Source: Cirrosporium novae-zelandiae
Lineage: Eukaryota
Assembly: GCA_026023565.1 (NCBI GenBank)
Contig: JAPETS010000021.1
Location: 62,001 to 126,000 of the forward strand
Direction of reading: 5' to 3'
Length of the DNA stretch: 64,000 nucleotides
Below are positions 1-13,300 of the stretch, one piece after another. A program made the translations under genes and the position numbers. Numbering within the stretch: the stretch's first letter is position 1; the number at the start of each line of letters is the position of its first letter. The notes below the pieces were generated by a model. It was not told where the DNA came from and made no database searches. It worked only from the letters and a program-made list of their open reading frames with translations.

Positions 1-243
1 TTCTTTAGCTGCTTCTGATAAAAAAAAGTAGCATGTCTTGTTCAACTCGAGGAAAATGTCCCATGCACCATATCGCTTCGATTGCCATATCCCAGCTACA
101 CCCCGGAAAGAAAAGTCCTTGATAACGAAAACCTCAATAAAACCTTGAGACTCTGCAGCAAATATTGACCATCCATTAAGGTAGCAATGGCGAACAGGTG
201 TATTGGATCATTTGCTGGTGAGATAGCTAAAGGCCACGAGATC

Positions 244-1169
244 TTACAAGATGAGACACTTCTTCTTTTCCTTCTTCTTCTGGAGAAGAGCGGCACGGGT
301 TGCCTCTTCGAAGACTTTGGCAACGTTTTCGTTTGTCTTGGCGGAGCACTCAATATACATTTTCGCACCAATCTTTTTGCGCACATCTTCGGCCTATACA
401 GAGTCCCCTATTTAGTCTGGATCTAATTGATCATGGGAAACCTGTTGAAAAAAATATCTTACCTTGTCAGCAGACACGGGTTCTTGGGAGGTCTTCTTGA
501 GTTCTTCTCTGGTCTTGGGGTCGGTACGCAAATCGGCCTTGCACCCAACAAGAATGATTGGAAGTCCAGAGCAAAAGTGCAGAACTTCAGAGATCCACTA
601 CAAGCCATCAGGTCAGCGATATTGAACTGGTATATCAAGTTGTAGCAACTTCAAACTAGTAGGACTGACCTTTTCCTGAACGTTATCGAGGGAATCTGGT
701 GAATCAATAGCGAAGCAGATTAGGATAACGTGGGAATCAGGATACGAAAGAGGACGAAGACGATCATAATCTTCCTGTCCAGCCGTATCCCAAAGGGCAA
801 GCTCCACATGCTTTCCGTCGACCTCCACGTCGGCAACATAGTTTTCAAAGACAGTGGGGACATAAACCTATCATTTGTATCAGCTAACATGCCCTAACAC
901 TAGAAAAGCTCATTGCGGCGATATCGAATAGTGTATCGAAGTGGTAAGGTGATTATGAGCAAAGCGAGGGACGCGAATCTCGGGGAAAACTGACCTCAGG
1001 GAAAGTTCCCTTGGAGAAAACACTAAAGACGATGAACGTGTGAGCCTTCTCAGAAACAATAGATATACGAGATAGATTTGAAAGATCTGGTGAGGACTTA
1101 CATGAGGAGACAGGTTTTACCACATGCTCCGTCACCCACGATGACGAGTTTGCGTCTGATTTCAGCCAT
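244..1169 (-). CDS. RHO1: Rho1 GTPase (5 exons approx. 1169-1102, 1022-995, 868-670, 597-463, 395-244)
   Basis: Spliced translation [22 protein letters not shown]...[54 protein letters not shown], ending [11 protein letters not shown] (polybasic tract + CAAX); GT..AG introns. Confidence 0.97.
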
Positions 1170-2283
1170 GGTCTTGGAGGCAGCAGGCATTTAGGTTAGC
1201 AAGATGGGGTTATATGATGAGCGGAGTGGATGTGATGTGGAGGAATGGATAAGAGAGTGGGGATGAGTGGAGGGTGTTGATGTTTATTATGGTGGTGAGG
1301 GCGAGGTTGATGAGGGTTGGGGATGATGAATAGGTTCATCATTATGAGGGTAGAGAGGCTCACCAAGTTGGGCTCACGCAAGACAGCTCTTTTTTTTTTT
1401 TCGCCTGAGAATAAGGATTACCTCGAACGAAGGAGAAGAGAGCGAGTGAAATTGAAAGATTTGAAGGTCAACAACTGAGAATTGAGGTGGTGGGATAATT
1501 CCAGATGTTAGAGTCCTTTTTTGGGGGGAGGAATAGGAATGTATTGACAAGACACACAGGATCTTAGGATTGACTCTGGCAGGCACTGGCAGCACTGGAC
1601 GACGGCGGTTATCTACTTCGAGGTTAGAGGGTTATTTGGGGACTACTTTGGCTTAGGGGGGGTGTGTGTGTGGGGGGGGGGATCATGGTTCTTTTACCTT
1701 CTCTGATTCTTTGGTTGGGTCGGACGGTCTTTACGGCGGTAATAAATCCCTTGAACTTCCGAAACCGAAACCGAAAAACCGAAAACGAAAACCCTCGAAG
1801 ATTCACTCCTGATGACTTGCTCAAAAAAACAATGAATCAGTCACTGCCTTGTTTGATGATGGTTGTGATCAATGAAGATGATAAATAATGATTGATATTT
1901 TAAACGGTTCTGGTTCAAACTGATTCACACTGAAATGTCTCGTGTGTTAAGATTGTCATTCTTATGGTCAGGGATACTCACAACTTGCCAATCTTACACA
2001 CTCTTACCGACTACTGTATCAAATCAAACTGGGAAAGACAACCTTCTTTCAGCCATTCACAATGCTTGTTTAAGATGACTAAGGCTGTCGTAAACGCACT
2101 TACGCCACTCACTCAGCCTCAATGCTCAATGGAGTAGGGGGGTATCCGTATATATTCCATTCTCTTCTATTCTCTTGAGAATGGCAAGATTTCGTTTGGA
2201 ACCTTCCTAAATTACAGTTCAATTAAGGTTAGATTGTATGGCTGTGCAGCCTGTGCTTTTTGGACTATTGATACTATTTGTAC

Positions 2284-2323
2284 TGCCTGTTTATCCTGCC
2301 TGCCTGGCCTGCCTGGCCTGCCT
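2284..2323. repeat. Short imperfect (CCTG/GGCCTG) tandem repeat
   Basis: tgcctgtttatcctgcctgcctggcctgcctggcctgcctg seen directly. Confidence 0.7.
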
Positions 2324-3131
2324 GTATTGTCTCGGTATCTCGGTACCCAGGCATGTACTGAGTATTGTACGGTACCATGCTTTATACCAATCTGACAGTT
2401 GCCTACAAGGCATATAACACACAACAATACACTGAAAAAAAGCCTTTGATTCCTCCTGGGCACTAGAATGAGTCGACACTTCAGCTGCTGATCAGTCAGA
2501 ATCGCGGTCAAGGTCCTACCACAGTAATTGTGTAGAAATATGACTGTCAGCCTAGAAGTTAAAAAGGACAGGAAGTGGCGTGTAGACGGTCTGTTTCTTA
2601 TCAATCTTAGATTCCATATCAAGCTCTCTCATTGGCTACACAATAGTCGGTTTTGCGGCTGTCAGGTGTTTAATTTTTGGAACAGAGAACTGGCGGGAGA
2701 CATGAGAACTTTTGCTCAAAAATGAAATTAGATGTGATGTAGAGTCTAATCATCTACCTTTGATATACAATATGGAATAAATCAATCAATCTTCAATTGT
2801 AAAAGTACTGCAATCATATATAATTCAACGAGAAATCCCCCAATAGGCAGCCAGGAATCTCTCATCAGACTTGTCTAGGAATCTCCCATAGCTTCCACAA
2901 GGCAACCAATCTACTAGCAACCCCCCTTGCCCCCCCCTCCCTCCATTATGCATGGCACTTGTGCACCAATCCACATTGGTGAGGAACTGATATGAGGCTT
3001 TCGTGCCTTAGGCATACGCACGTTCTTTCTGCAGTACCCCCAACCTTAAAGCTTTGAGCTTTTTGAATACCAGGAATACCAGGATGTTTGGATCTTTGAT
3101 CGTCAATATTCTGAACTTATTTCTTCCTTTC

Positions 3132-4094
3132 CTATATCATAGCCGCTAAGTTCGACAGCTCCGTCCACCCGCATTTAAGATCCCGATAGAAGACCACCTT
3201 GAAGGCTTCGGATTTAAACCAGGTGCTTGCGTAACCGTTCCCGTCTAGTTGTCCTGTCAATGTCTCATGATACCGTTCTCCAGTCACTGGATAAGTTGAT
3301 GCCTCTGGATCTTCAGCTGAGTCTGTAAACCAAAAGGACTTCAACATTCTCCATTGGCCGCCTCGACTCTAAACCCTGAAGTCGTGCTGATTACGTCCTC
3401 AGCAGAATAATTTACTTTATCATCGCAATGATTCCAAGTCGATATGCCCTTCTCTATTCCCCACCTTCAAGTACTACCCCATGTCCACGGCTGACGCAGA
3501 ACTCTGATATTTCATGCATGGAATCTTTAACATCTTCGGATATACCGAAGAAAGTATACCAATGTCCCCAGCCAACACCTCAAAAATGAGCTGTAGGTTT
3601 GGGCTAAAAATTGTTGAGTACTGTGCAGGTTATACAGGGTACATACAAGTGGCAAACCAGAATAATGTGATGGCACGGTCAGAGCACCATGAATGTAGTT
3701 GATAGGATTCTGGATATACTGTGAAATGGCATATGGATTCAAATCGAATGATCAACAAGTAGATAATCAAGGAGACCCGATAGTTTGCCTTCAGCTCCAG
3801 CCCCAAGATTTGGAAGCTGTCCTTAAACCTTCCCGGGTTCTGGATGAAACGCGATGACATCCGTTGCTAATTGAACCGCCAGTACGGGTCATGTATAGGA
3901 TTGCTGTAATATAAGGCTGTAATTCGCGACGGCAGAGGTGCTTCCGTCATGAAACATGTCGTACCGATTCGATCCATGCTTTGAAGGTTGCGGTATGAAC
4001 CATTGAAGTATAATGGGCTAAATCCGGGGTTTGTTGAAGAAGCACTGTGGTCAAAGCATAGAGAATAGTCCAATCTGATATATATACGTGTCAT
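3132..4094 (-). pseudogene. Possible degenerate hypothetical gene
   Basis: Protein-like short ORFs at 3132-3347 and 3867-4094 on the same strand, interrupted by stops; no family recognised. Confidence 0.2.
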
Positions 4095-4500
4095 TGCGGG
4101 TTTTCCTTTCAGCTAAGACTTTCCTTACGTATGCTTGCAGCTAGAAAATGATCAAGGAACAGCCACTGATCTTGTAATCTTATAGGGTTAGATATTAGCC
4201 AACTTCAAGTTGCCATGTAAAGTTTTATCTTGATATGGAGTAAAGTCTGTGTAATAGAGTGTAGATCCAATCGGTTAAATCGTGCTATGGCCATGAGAGC
4301 GTGGTGCTTAGTTTTGATACATTGCTGGATTTGGAATAGCGCATTTAGATATTATCCGAACTCATTGGCTGCATTGGAAGTTCTTGAACTTGAAGCTGGC
4401 CTTGCCATATCGCACTGCACCTGAACACTCCTCTCTCCTCTCCAATTCTAATTCCGAGGACCCCCGGCTTTCCTTTTAGGTCCTCCATCCCCCATCTCCA

Positions 4501-5681
4501 ATGAAGAGGGTTTTCCGGCATGCCGCCCTTGCTCAGAGGCAAGCAAAGCGGGTTGAGGCCAAGTTCGCGAGAGAGAATCGACTAGCCGAAAAATGGCAGA
4601 ATATTGCAGTTCGTAAGAACCAAGTGAGGCTAGCAAACGATGAGATAAAAGAAGCACGAAAAGCATGGCGAGAAGACTGGTTTATGGGACCATTGGCACC
4701 GAGGAGGGATGTTGGAGAAAATAAAGATACCTACGGGGCTACGGCGTCCGAGAGACTCCAGAGCTTGAAAGTACCCGAAGCCAAAAGGCAGAAATTCATT
4801 AATATTGTCCCGGGAGACAGGGTGGTTATTACTGTCAAAAGGCATCGGGACTATGGAAAAATTGGGGTTGTACTATCGGTGGAGGAGGAGGCCGAAACAG
4901 TTACAGTTCAAGGACTGAACAGGGTATGCATGAGGTCTTTGTGATATCTATCCTCACTGTTCCTTCGAATCGAACCAGCCGTTACTACATTTCTTTATAA
5001 TTTACTGACACTAAGCAGATGGACGTCAGCACGCCATTATGGCTCCTTGAAACCGACCCTGAACACCAAAAACTCGTTACCACAGTGGAACTCCCTTTCC
5101 CTTTATCTGATGTACTGCTTATTGCTAAGCTCCGAGATCCCCAGACCGGCATACCAGTAGACGTTGTGGTAAATGAAATGAGGGTTCGAGATAAGTTTGC
5201 CGAATCTGATTACGGTAGTGCTGCACCGCATTGGACTCGATGGATCAAAGGACTTGACATCCAAATCCCATGGCCAAAGATGAAGAACGAAGATCAGTCG
5301 GAATACCCCGCTGATACTCTACGTATTGACGTCGAAGAGAAGACGTGGCTTCCATCTATATTGCACCCGCCAGCTCCCAGAACCGTAATAGACGAATTAA
5401 GGAATAAAAATTCCAAGTTTAGGGACCGTTGGAGTGAAGGATTCATTCAATGGATGGAAAACAAGGAAGCGATGCGAAAGCAGAAGAAGGCCAAGGGACA
5501 CTTCCACATGATTGCAGATGAGAGAACATTGACGCCGAAGCAACAGCTGAAGAGGGCGACAGACGAGATGCGTGCACAAGCACCACCTCCAGAGTTAACG
5601 GAAGACATGTTAGCCAAGATAGGAGAGGTTATGGTTGCATCAAGGCAGCAACAGGGATCTACTCAGGCTCCGGGGCCTTAA
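4501..5681 (+). CDS. MRPL40: Mitochondrial ribosomal protein uL24m (yeast Mrpl40-like, KOW motif); intron ~4924-5018
   Basis: REDWFMGPLAPRRDVG, NIVPGDRVVI...YGKIGVV..V.....TVTVQGLN (KOW), DTLRIDVEEKTWLPSIL.PP.P..VIDELRNK; GTATGC...ACTGAC...CAG intron. Confidence 0.88.
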
Positions 5682-5807
5682 AATTCTCCGAAACCCATTC
5701 TACATATAACTCGATAACCTTGGAGACGTATGCTGGGGATATACAACTGTATCAATAAATTAAGGGCGAGAGCCCCATCATTTCTTGTATAGACTCGCAT
5801 CCACAGT

Positions 5808-6557
5808 TCAAGCCACAAGCACTCCCAGATATTCTACTCGTCTTCCGTATTGCTTTAGTGCCTCCCACTGCACAATGAAACGATCTACAACCGGTACTAG
5901 CAGCCTTCCACTTAAGCTCAAGTTCTTAACTCTCGCAAAGCTCTCCACATATATCGTCCGCATCATCCCCAGCGATCCTGGTAAGCCAAAGAAACGTATT
6001 GCTAACGCGGCCAAAGCTACACAAACAGCTGTCCCTGGTCCATTCATCAGAATCAAATCTGGATATCGTGGCCCTTTTGAATCTGGACAAGAATATAAAA
6101 TTCTAAAGCAGGCAAGCAGGCACTCCAATGCTGATACAGGCGTGGTCCACAATGGCTGGTGTATTTTGCGTGCGCGCGGTACAATCATAATGTCATAATT
6201 TTCCCCATCAATTGATGCTTCGTAGTCTCTAGCTTTCCCGGCACTAAAGTCATCCCCAGCGCTTACTACGTAGCTGCGGTGGCCATATGATATGAGGTTA
6301 AGGTTATGAAGAAGAGCAAACATTTCAGCGGTGTGGCCACCGCTGCCTAGGACTATGAGAACACGTGTGGGGGTGTTGCGTTTTCGAGGGGGGGGGCGGG
6401 TAGGATTGGTGGAGGGGAGAATGTAGAGAAGACGAATCTGAGGTTGGAAAGGTTAGTTATGATTTAATCGGTGTATTAGATGACGGCCTACGAAAATAGT
6501 AGTGAGCAGAAGGATGACTGCTGTTATAGACAGTAGGACCGTTGAGGGGCCTGCCAT
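5808..6557 (-). CDS. ALG14: UDP-N-acetylglucosamine transferase subunit Alg14 (one intron ~6440-6492)
   Basis: N-terminal hydrophobic anchor, IVLGSGGHTAEM, VPRARKIHQ, PDLILMNGPGTAV, IYVESFARVKNLSLSGRLL, FIVQW. Confidence 0.93.
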
Positions 6558-7103
6558 TGCTGCCTTGGAATTTTGGAGAGTACTTTGTTGAACCTCAGGT
6601 TGAACATGATGAGCCAAAGATGGCAACTGGAGTTTTATCTTATGAGGTGGTAAAAATACTTATTGCAGCGTTAATATCAGTACCTGTGTTTATATGTACT
6701 GTGTATATTGTGTATATGTGTATACAGTGTATGCGTACTTGGGTAAATTGAAGTATTTTGTCATGTTTGATAAGACCTGGAAATAAGCTTAACTGACTAG
6801 ATAAGCTAGTCCTCTTCAGGAATAGCCAAGGAGAGCCTTCTTGAACCAAAATAGAAATATGTCAACAATACTTTCTACTTGACTGCGTAGTAACACACTA
6901 TACTTGAGTAATTGCTCTTTTATAGTCTCTCAATCATCATGGTAAACCATTCTTGTAATCTTGGAATCATCTGCTCCGCTCTGGTCAAGGACGTCGATCC
7001 TTCGGGAACATCCATGCAGTAAGCCGTCGAATCATCTCGAGCCCGAGCTTTTGGCAACATCCAAAAGTCCCTGAAGTCGGTCTGGCACCAGTATGCTGCC
7101 ATC

Positions 7104-9727
7104 ATGGCTCTCTTACATCGTCATTTAGTCTGCTTCTACTGCGGTCGCCGGTCGGCTAAAAAACAAGACGGAAAAGTGAGGAAATGGGAATGCGAAAACT
7201 GTGAAGCCGTGAATTATCTCGATGAGGTTGGTTGCCCCATTTGGTTGCATTGGTCGCAACATATTTGGAGAGCTGGCATTGATGATGTTTTGATAGAATG
7301 GAGAAATCACAGACCCTCCGGTTGAGGTGCAATCTTCAAACAATGTGCGCTATGCGTCTTCAGTACCTCGAGCCTCTTCTCCCGATCTCGAACCCCCGGA
7401 CAACAGTCTGTTCTGCGCTCAATGTTTATTGAATCAACAAATTTTAACCCAAACACTTGCGTCCTACCTCCCACCGCCCACCGACCCCGAATACCCAAGA
7501 TATGAACAATCCTACCCCGCTTACCGCAAGAGACTGGAGGAGCAGTACCCTCAAGTCTGCGAGGATTGTGAACCAAAGGTGCGGGAGCGATTAAGGTTTA
7601 CAGGGTATGCCGCGAAAACAGATCATTTAAGAAGAATGATGGAAGCGTCAAGGGATGCTGCTAGGAGGAGAAGGACCCCTGGGCCCTGGAATTGGCAAAG
7701 CATTGCTGTATTCCTTGGGTGGTTACTATGGACTGGGAGTCTAGTCCAGGAACTGCTCTGGCACGGCCTTAGTGCATTGAGCAATGGAGAAGAAATCTGG
7801 TGTGAAAATGGAGATTGTACACTATCAGCATCTCAGTGCATTCGAGAACTTTTATCCCACCAACAACTGCCTCCGAAATGCATTCAGAAAACTGCTTCTT
7901 TTTCAGATTATTCATTATATGCTGGACTACTTTCAATTTGGTGGCATCCATGTTTACAGCCCAAGATTGACGGACGTCCCGGTCGTATTGTTGGCTCCGG
8001 GGAGTACTATAAGCTTCAACTTATCGGTATGGGAATCAGGTACATCAGTACGAGTGCTCTTCAAGGGGGAGTTGGCGAAGCACTTACCCTAGCTGCCGTG
8101 AAAGGCGCTCATATATTATCCATTATCTTGGTGCTCTTGGTAAGTTCTCTTTGCATCTGATTTTTTTTGTATGCTTATGATACTGTAGATCACACTAGTA
8201 TCCAAACGGACTATTAGAATCGACAATTCTCCTAAAGTTACTTTCCCTAAGATTATGCCCGAACCAACTTTTCAAGTAGGACCTGGCTCTTCAAAAGCTG
8301 CTCCGAATATCCTCAATCACTCCTCAGTATACCCCCAACCTTTTCCGGTTGAAAAGCTAGCTCCACAACGTCAGATATCGCAATCTCAAAGCTTCCAAAT
8401 CCCCACACCCCCTTACGAAACCGACAATGACGCCATGGACTGGACTCCCTCGCAACAACCTGCCAACCTCCTCTCGGCCTCCCTCCGCCCACGAAACCAA
8501 CCCCCACCCCCGCTGGTTCCCTCCCCTTTCCATGGGCGCCTTCCGCCAGCCCCAATTGCTCCCGCACATAAACTTCGCAATCCACCTAATCAGCCTACTT
8601 TCCAGCCTACACATCCGCAAACACAGCAAAATTTCTTTCAAAGTGTAACAAATAGGCCGAAATTTGATGCCAACGGCACTAGGAATAATAAAGTAAGGCA
8701 CGACTATCAGGAGGCGCCGCAGAAACTATTTCTTCCTACCCTAGATGGTGGGACAACGGGGCTAGAGAGTCTACTGGAGAACACCTTTACGCTCGCAGAT
8801 GAACCAGTAGAAATACGGTCTATGAAACAGCAACGGCAACGGCAACGGCAACAACAAGGGGCACAACTGAACTTTAACTCGAACCCCCCGCTTACAGCCT
8901 CGTCGGAACTTTTCGATATACCAATCACCCACCTCATTTCCTCCCTCCTCCTGGCCGTCTTTCTCGGACTCTGGTATTACAAACAAGACCTCCCAATTCT
9001 AGGTCGTGTAGCCCTGACCCTGACGTCCCTCCTCTCCTTTTCGAACCTAGTGCACTCAATCATCGGCATCCCCAAGGAACGGTGGTGTTGTAGCGATATG
9101 TTACTTTTCCTCACCGAAGGAGCCCTGACAATGTTTCTTTCTTGGAAAGCCAACCCCAACACTCCTTTATCCGCGGACACTCTCCCGGAAATGAAAGGCT
9201 TGGACTTCACGCAGCTTGGCATGGGCCTCGTCATGGCAGTCGTGGCACAAGAAGGCTATGTCAGCTGGAAACTTTCCCAATCACAGCAACCGCTTCCACA
9301 AAAACATCTCAACGAAACCCAACACCCACAACAAAACATCCCACCCAAACCCCAAACCAAAGCTCAACCCTCCCCCACTAAACCCTTCCATCGCTCTCCC
9401 ATCAAATCCACAGCCACGACCCCAGCCACCGCTGCTCCCTCTTCAACCTACTCCTTCTCGCCCGCCTCATCATATGCTCCATCCTCATACGCCACATCTC
9501 CTCAAGCCACTCCCGCTTCGCGGCGAGGCCGAAGCCGAGGGCTATCGAGTCTTTCACTAGGAGGCGATAGTACGGATGAGGATTCCAGCCTAGAGTCTCC
9601 TACAGCCATAAGGAGCGAATATAGGAATTCTGGCGGCTCAAGCGCGTGGGGTACTGAATCTAGGAGCAGTGAGTGGGCGGGAAAGTGGGGAGGGAATGAA
9701 GTTGGATTGGGAAAATTGAGGCTGTGA
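7104..9727 (+). CDS. IMA1: Inner nuclear membrane protein Ima1 (introns ~7227-7296, ~8140-8189)
   Basis: LVCFYCG...WECENCEAVNYLDE(NG)EITDPP, FCAQCLLNQ, YPQVCEDCEPKVRERL..TGYAAKTDHLRRMM, followed by transmembrane segments and the MDWTPS / PSPFHGRLPPAP motifs. Confidence 0.88.
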
Positions 9728-10322
9728 GGGTTTATTTGAAATCAAAATCGAACACACATGCCAATAGGAGGCCAGAGATCAGAGGATTTCAAATCAGAAG
9801 AGAAATAAGAAAAGGATCGGGAGAAAATTAGATGAATGGACGCCTTTTTTTTCGGCGTCGGAGGTAGGCGAGATTCGCTTGCAAAGGAACGAAATAAACT
9901 AAACTGAAAACTACTTATTTCACACACTTCCCTTTTTCTCTCTTTTTTGTTGGAAAACGAAATACTACCTTGGTTGGGTCGATCGAGAGAAGGCCCCTAT
10001 GTACCGTGATGGCTTCATATGCATTTTTCCCCTTTCCCTTTTCCTTTTCCCTTTCCTTCGACCGTATTAATGATGAACAAAACAAACAAACAAACAGCAT
10101 AGCAACGCATGGTGGTGGTGACATGAAAAACATGAAACATGAATAAAGGGGGTTTTTATTATAAGTCTTTTTGGGAAACAAACATATATAACTAGGCATT
10201 TTTGGATGTTTTTTTATCTTTTGAGGGTGTTTTGGTGTTGGTGGTAGGTATATTATGTGTGTGTGGTTGGGACTCTGTGTATTGGTTTTTTTCTTTCTCG
10301 AGAGAACAAGGTACCCATTCCC

Positions 10323-10323
10323 G

Positions 10324-10354
<31 letters not shown>
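10323..10354. repeat. (GTT)n microsatellite
   Basis: About 10-11 GTT units seen directly; nearby (AT)n at ~10526-10541 and (ATATGG)n at ~10675-10698. Confidence 0.9.
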
Positions 10355-10355
<1 letters not shown>

Positions 10356-13300
10356 AGGACATGTCTCTATATCGAGATGACTAAACTGAATAACCATTAC
10401 AAGCGGGATATAGTTATTGTAAATAATAAAAATACAAATACAAAAAATACAAGACAAAACATAAAACGTAACCATAAACATGAACATGAATATGGGTTTG
10501 GGTTTAGGAGTGGTTGGAAAGTTCATATATATATATATATATTGTTAGAAGGACAAGTCAAGCAGATTCTACTCTTTGCTTTTTACCTAACTAACTTGAA
10601 GCCCCCCTCCTAAAAATATTTCACGGTAAGATATATGTATATCTCACTACTTAAGTGGATTACCTAGTGGTTAGGTATGGATATGGATATGGATATGGGG
10701 ATGTATAAACCTGGCTTGCAGTGGAATGTTTATATATCTATACCTTTTTATTACTTCTATTACTACCACGACCAAATCCTACCTTGATTTCCTTGGCACT
10801 ATCCCCACTTCTTCCACAGCACCCCATCCCACCCCAAGTTCAAACTTCAAACTTCAAACCGAAATACCCAAGCCGTCATTCAGACTCCTTACCCCTTACC
10901 CCTCTCGCCTGAGGCGTACCTCAACCTTCCTACTCATCTCATACATCCCATATATCCACCCCCCCTCCCGTTTCCTAGAGGGTTTCCAGATTATAAGCTC
11001 GGTTATTAGTTCTTGGTTCTTGGATGTAAGTTGTTAGGGCACTTACAGGATCCTACTCCTATTACTCCTTGCTCCCTCTCTCTATACATAACAAAGAGGG
11101 GGGAAGAGAGGAAGAGAGGGAGAGGAAGAGGAGGGAGGGAACCCTAGTTGTAGTTATAGCTGTGGTTCTAGGTTTGAGTTTTAGAGCCCTCCTCTCTTCT
11201 TACTTTAACTTGATAAAAGAAAAGAAATATAAAATATATAAATGTAAGTGATCAGTTTAGTTTAGTTAGTCTGGGTTTTTCTGACGGGTAGTATGTTGGT
11301 TGGATTGGTTTTGGTTCTGTTTTGGGTATGGGTGTGGATGGGGGTAGATTAGCGTAGATTTGGTGTGTGGGGTATGTATATATGGGGGTTTTGTTTCGCT
11401 GTATGTGGGTGTATGGGTGAGTGTCAATCCACACGGCAGGGAGGCTGCTTTATGTATCCCTCCCCTCTTTTTTTTTTTTTTGAAATCTCGTACTCCGCGT
11501 CCCCGTCCCGTCCCGTCTTGTCCTGTCCTGTCGTAAACCATATTTTCCGATATTTTGTTTCCGCCCCTACCTGCCCCTCCGCTCTTATTTTTTATTCCAA
11601 GCTCAATTCTTTCTTTCTAATTAGAAAATATTTATCTCCCCCTATCTCGGGTCTATTGCTATGTCAAGGCTTTATATCGTAGTAGTACTATCGCGGTTGC
11701 TCGATCAATAGGGATGGATAACCAAACCCACTTTACCTGGAAATTTCTTAGTTAGAGGGAAGTTACCTTTTGTTTTATAAAGGGAGGGAACCCTCGAGCG
11801 GATCATGGCGTCGAGGGCATAGGTTATTGTTTTGGATTTTTTTGATTATTTTGTCGGGGGGGTAATGGGTCAGGCTGGTCTATTGCAATGCATCTCTTAT
11901 ACGATTTAGTGTTGTTGGAAGGTCTTCATGGGAGAATAACGTAAATGATATTGACAATGGCGCCCAAGGTCATTGCAATACTTTCAACGGGATGGAAAGG
12001 AAAGCAACCAGACTCAAAAAGTAAACCCAGAAAAGTGATCCTAGAGAGACCTTTAAAAATCTCCAGTTTTCAATAATCATTCCACTTGAAAACCTCTCTA
12101 AAGTCACTTTTCTGGTTCTATCTTCAGGACTTGTCCCTTTCATTTCTACAAACTGTACCGCGTGAATGCAAGAACCGACCGGAATTATGTATTTCCACCG
12201 GCGATACGTTCGGCGCTGAAAAACTCACCCGAGACTATCAGACCGATAATCCGTTGCCGGCTCAGCATATGCCCCATTTGTCAATCTGAACTTTTTTTTT
12301 GTCCAATATCCGTATTAGGAAAATGACCTATAGCCCAGGAGTTGGGACTGCTGATGAAGTTAAAAAGACTAAAGGGGATTTGCTACAAGGAACCATTTGT
12401 TGTACCTACCCCGCGTGCCCCGCAGATTGGACTGGATCATCGATCGATCGTTCATTACTGGGTAGAGCGATCTGAATACTTTGAGTAGGCATTACGTACC
12501 TTTACACCGATAACGTAGATGGGCAAGATATGTACCGGTTTGGGGCAGCAAAGGATGAACTTATCGTTGCCGACTCTGCCTCGTAACCTGAATCTGTGGG
12601 AACTTTGCCCCCCCCACCCCGAAAGAAGTGAGAGATTACACAGATGCAGATAAAAACTCGGTCAGCTCGTCATATCGAGAGATGGGTTGTACCACCAGGT
12701 GAAGAAAGGCGATTCGTTCAATAACGAGCTCCTCCTGATTGGGTAAAAGCGCTAATGGAATATCTAAGTACAACGGTTCATTAGGATACCTGTCACAAGA
12801 GCCTAATATCCAATCGGGTTTGAGTTTGGTTTATAGTATCCGAAAAGAGGCACCTTCTCGCGTTCTAGTATTTTCTTTCTCTGCAAGTTACTCGGGATTA
12901 CCGGTTCCCAATTTGAAGAGTAGGAGGGCGGGCCATTAAATCTCCACCGCTTTTGTTATTGGATTTTGAGGACTTCGGGCTTTTTTGGTGTTAATGAACT
13001 GTTTGCAGGTACGGAAAGTGTGTCAGATCTGTAAACCTTGAATGGTGTAAGATCAAACTGACTAGATCACCCACCAATGAGGCTCCTGTCGGATGAAAGA
13101 GGCTGGCCAGCGATCCCCCCCCCCACAAAGTTTGGTTCTTAGTTGCTGCAAAGATCCGAAAGGCCCAAATACTCTGGCTCAGAGTGCTGAGAGAGTTCGA
13201 GATTCAAATCAGGCGGTAAGCCAACAATGACAGCGAATCCTTTGGAGTGAGTGGCTGTAAACCCCTACTGTGAAATCGTACGTTATCCATTTACTCTTGC

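Noticed and set aside
9915..10613. 203 aa and 118 aa ORFs with poly-N / poly-V
   Set aside because: Products of microsatellites and low-complexity DNA with no protein-like composition
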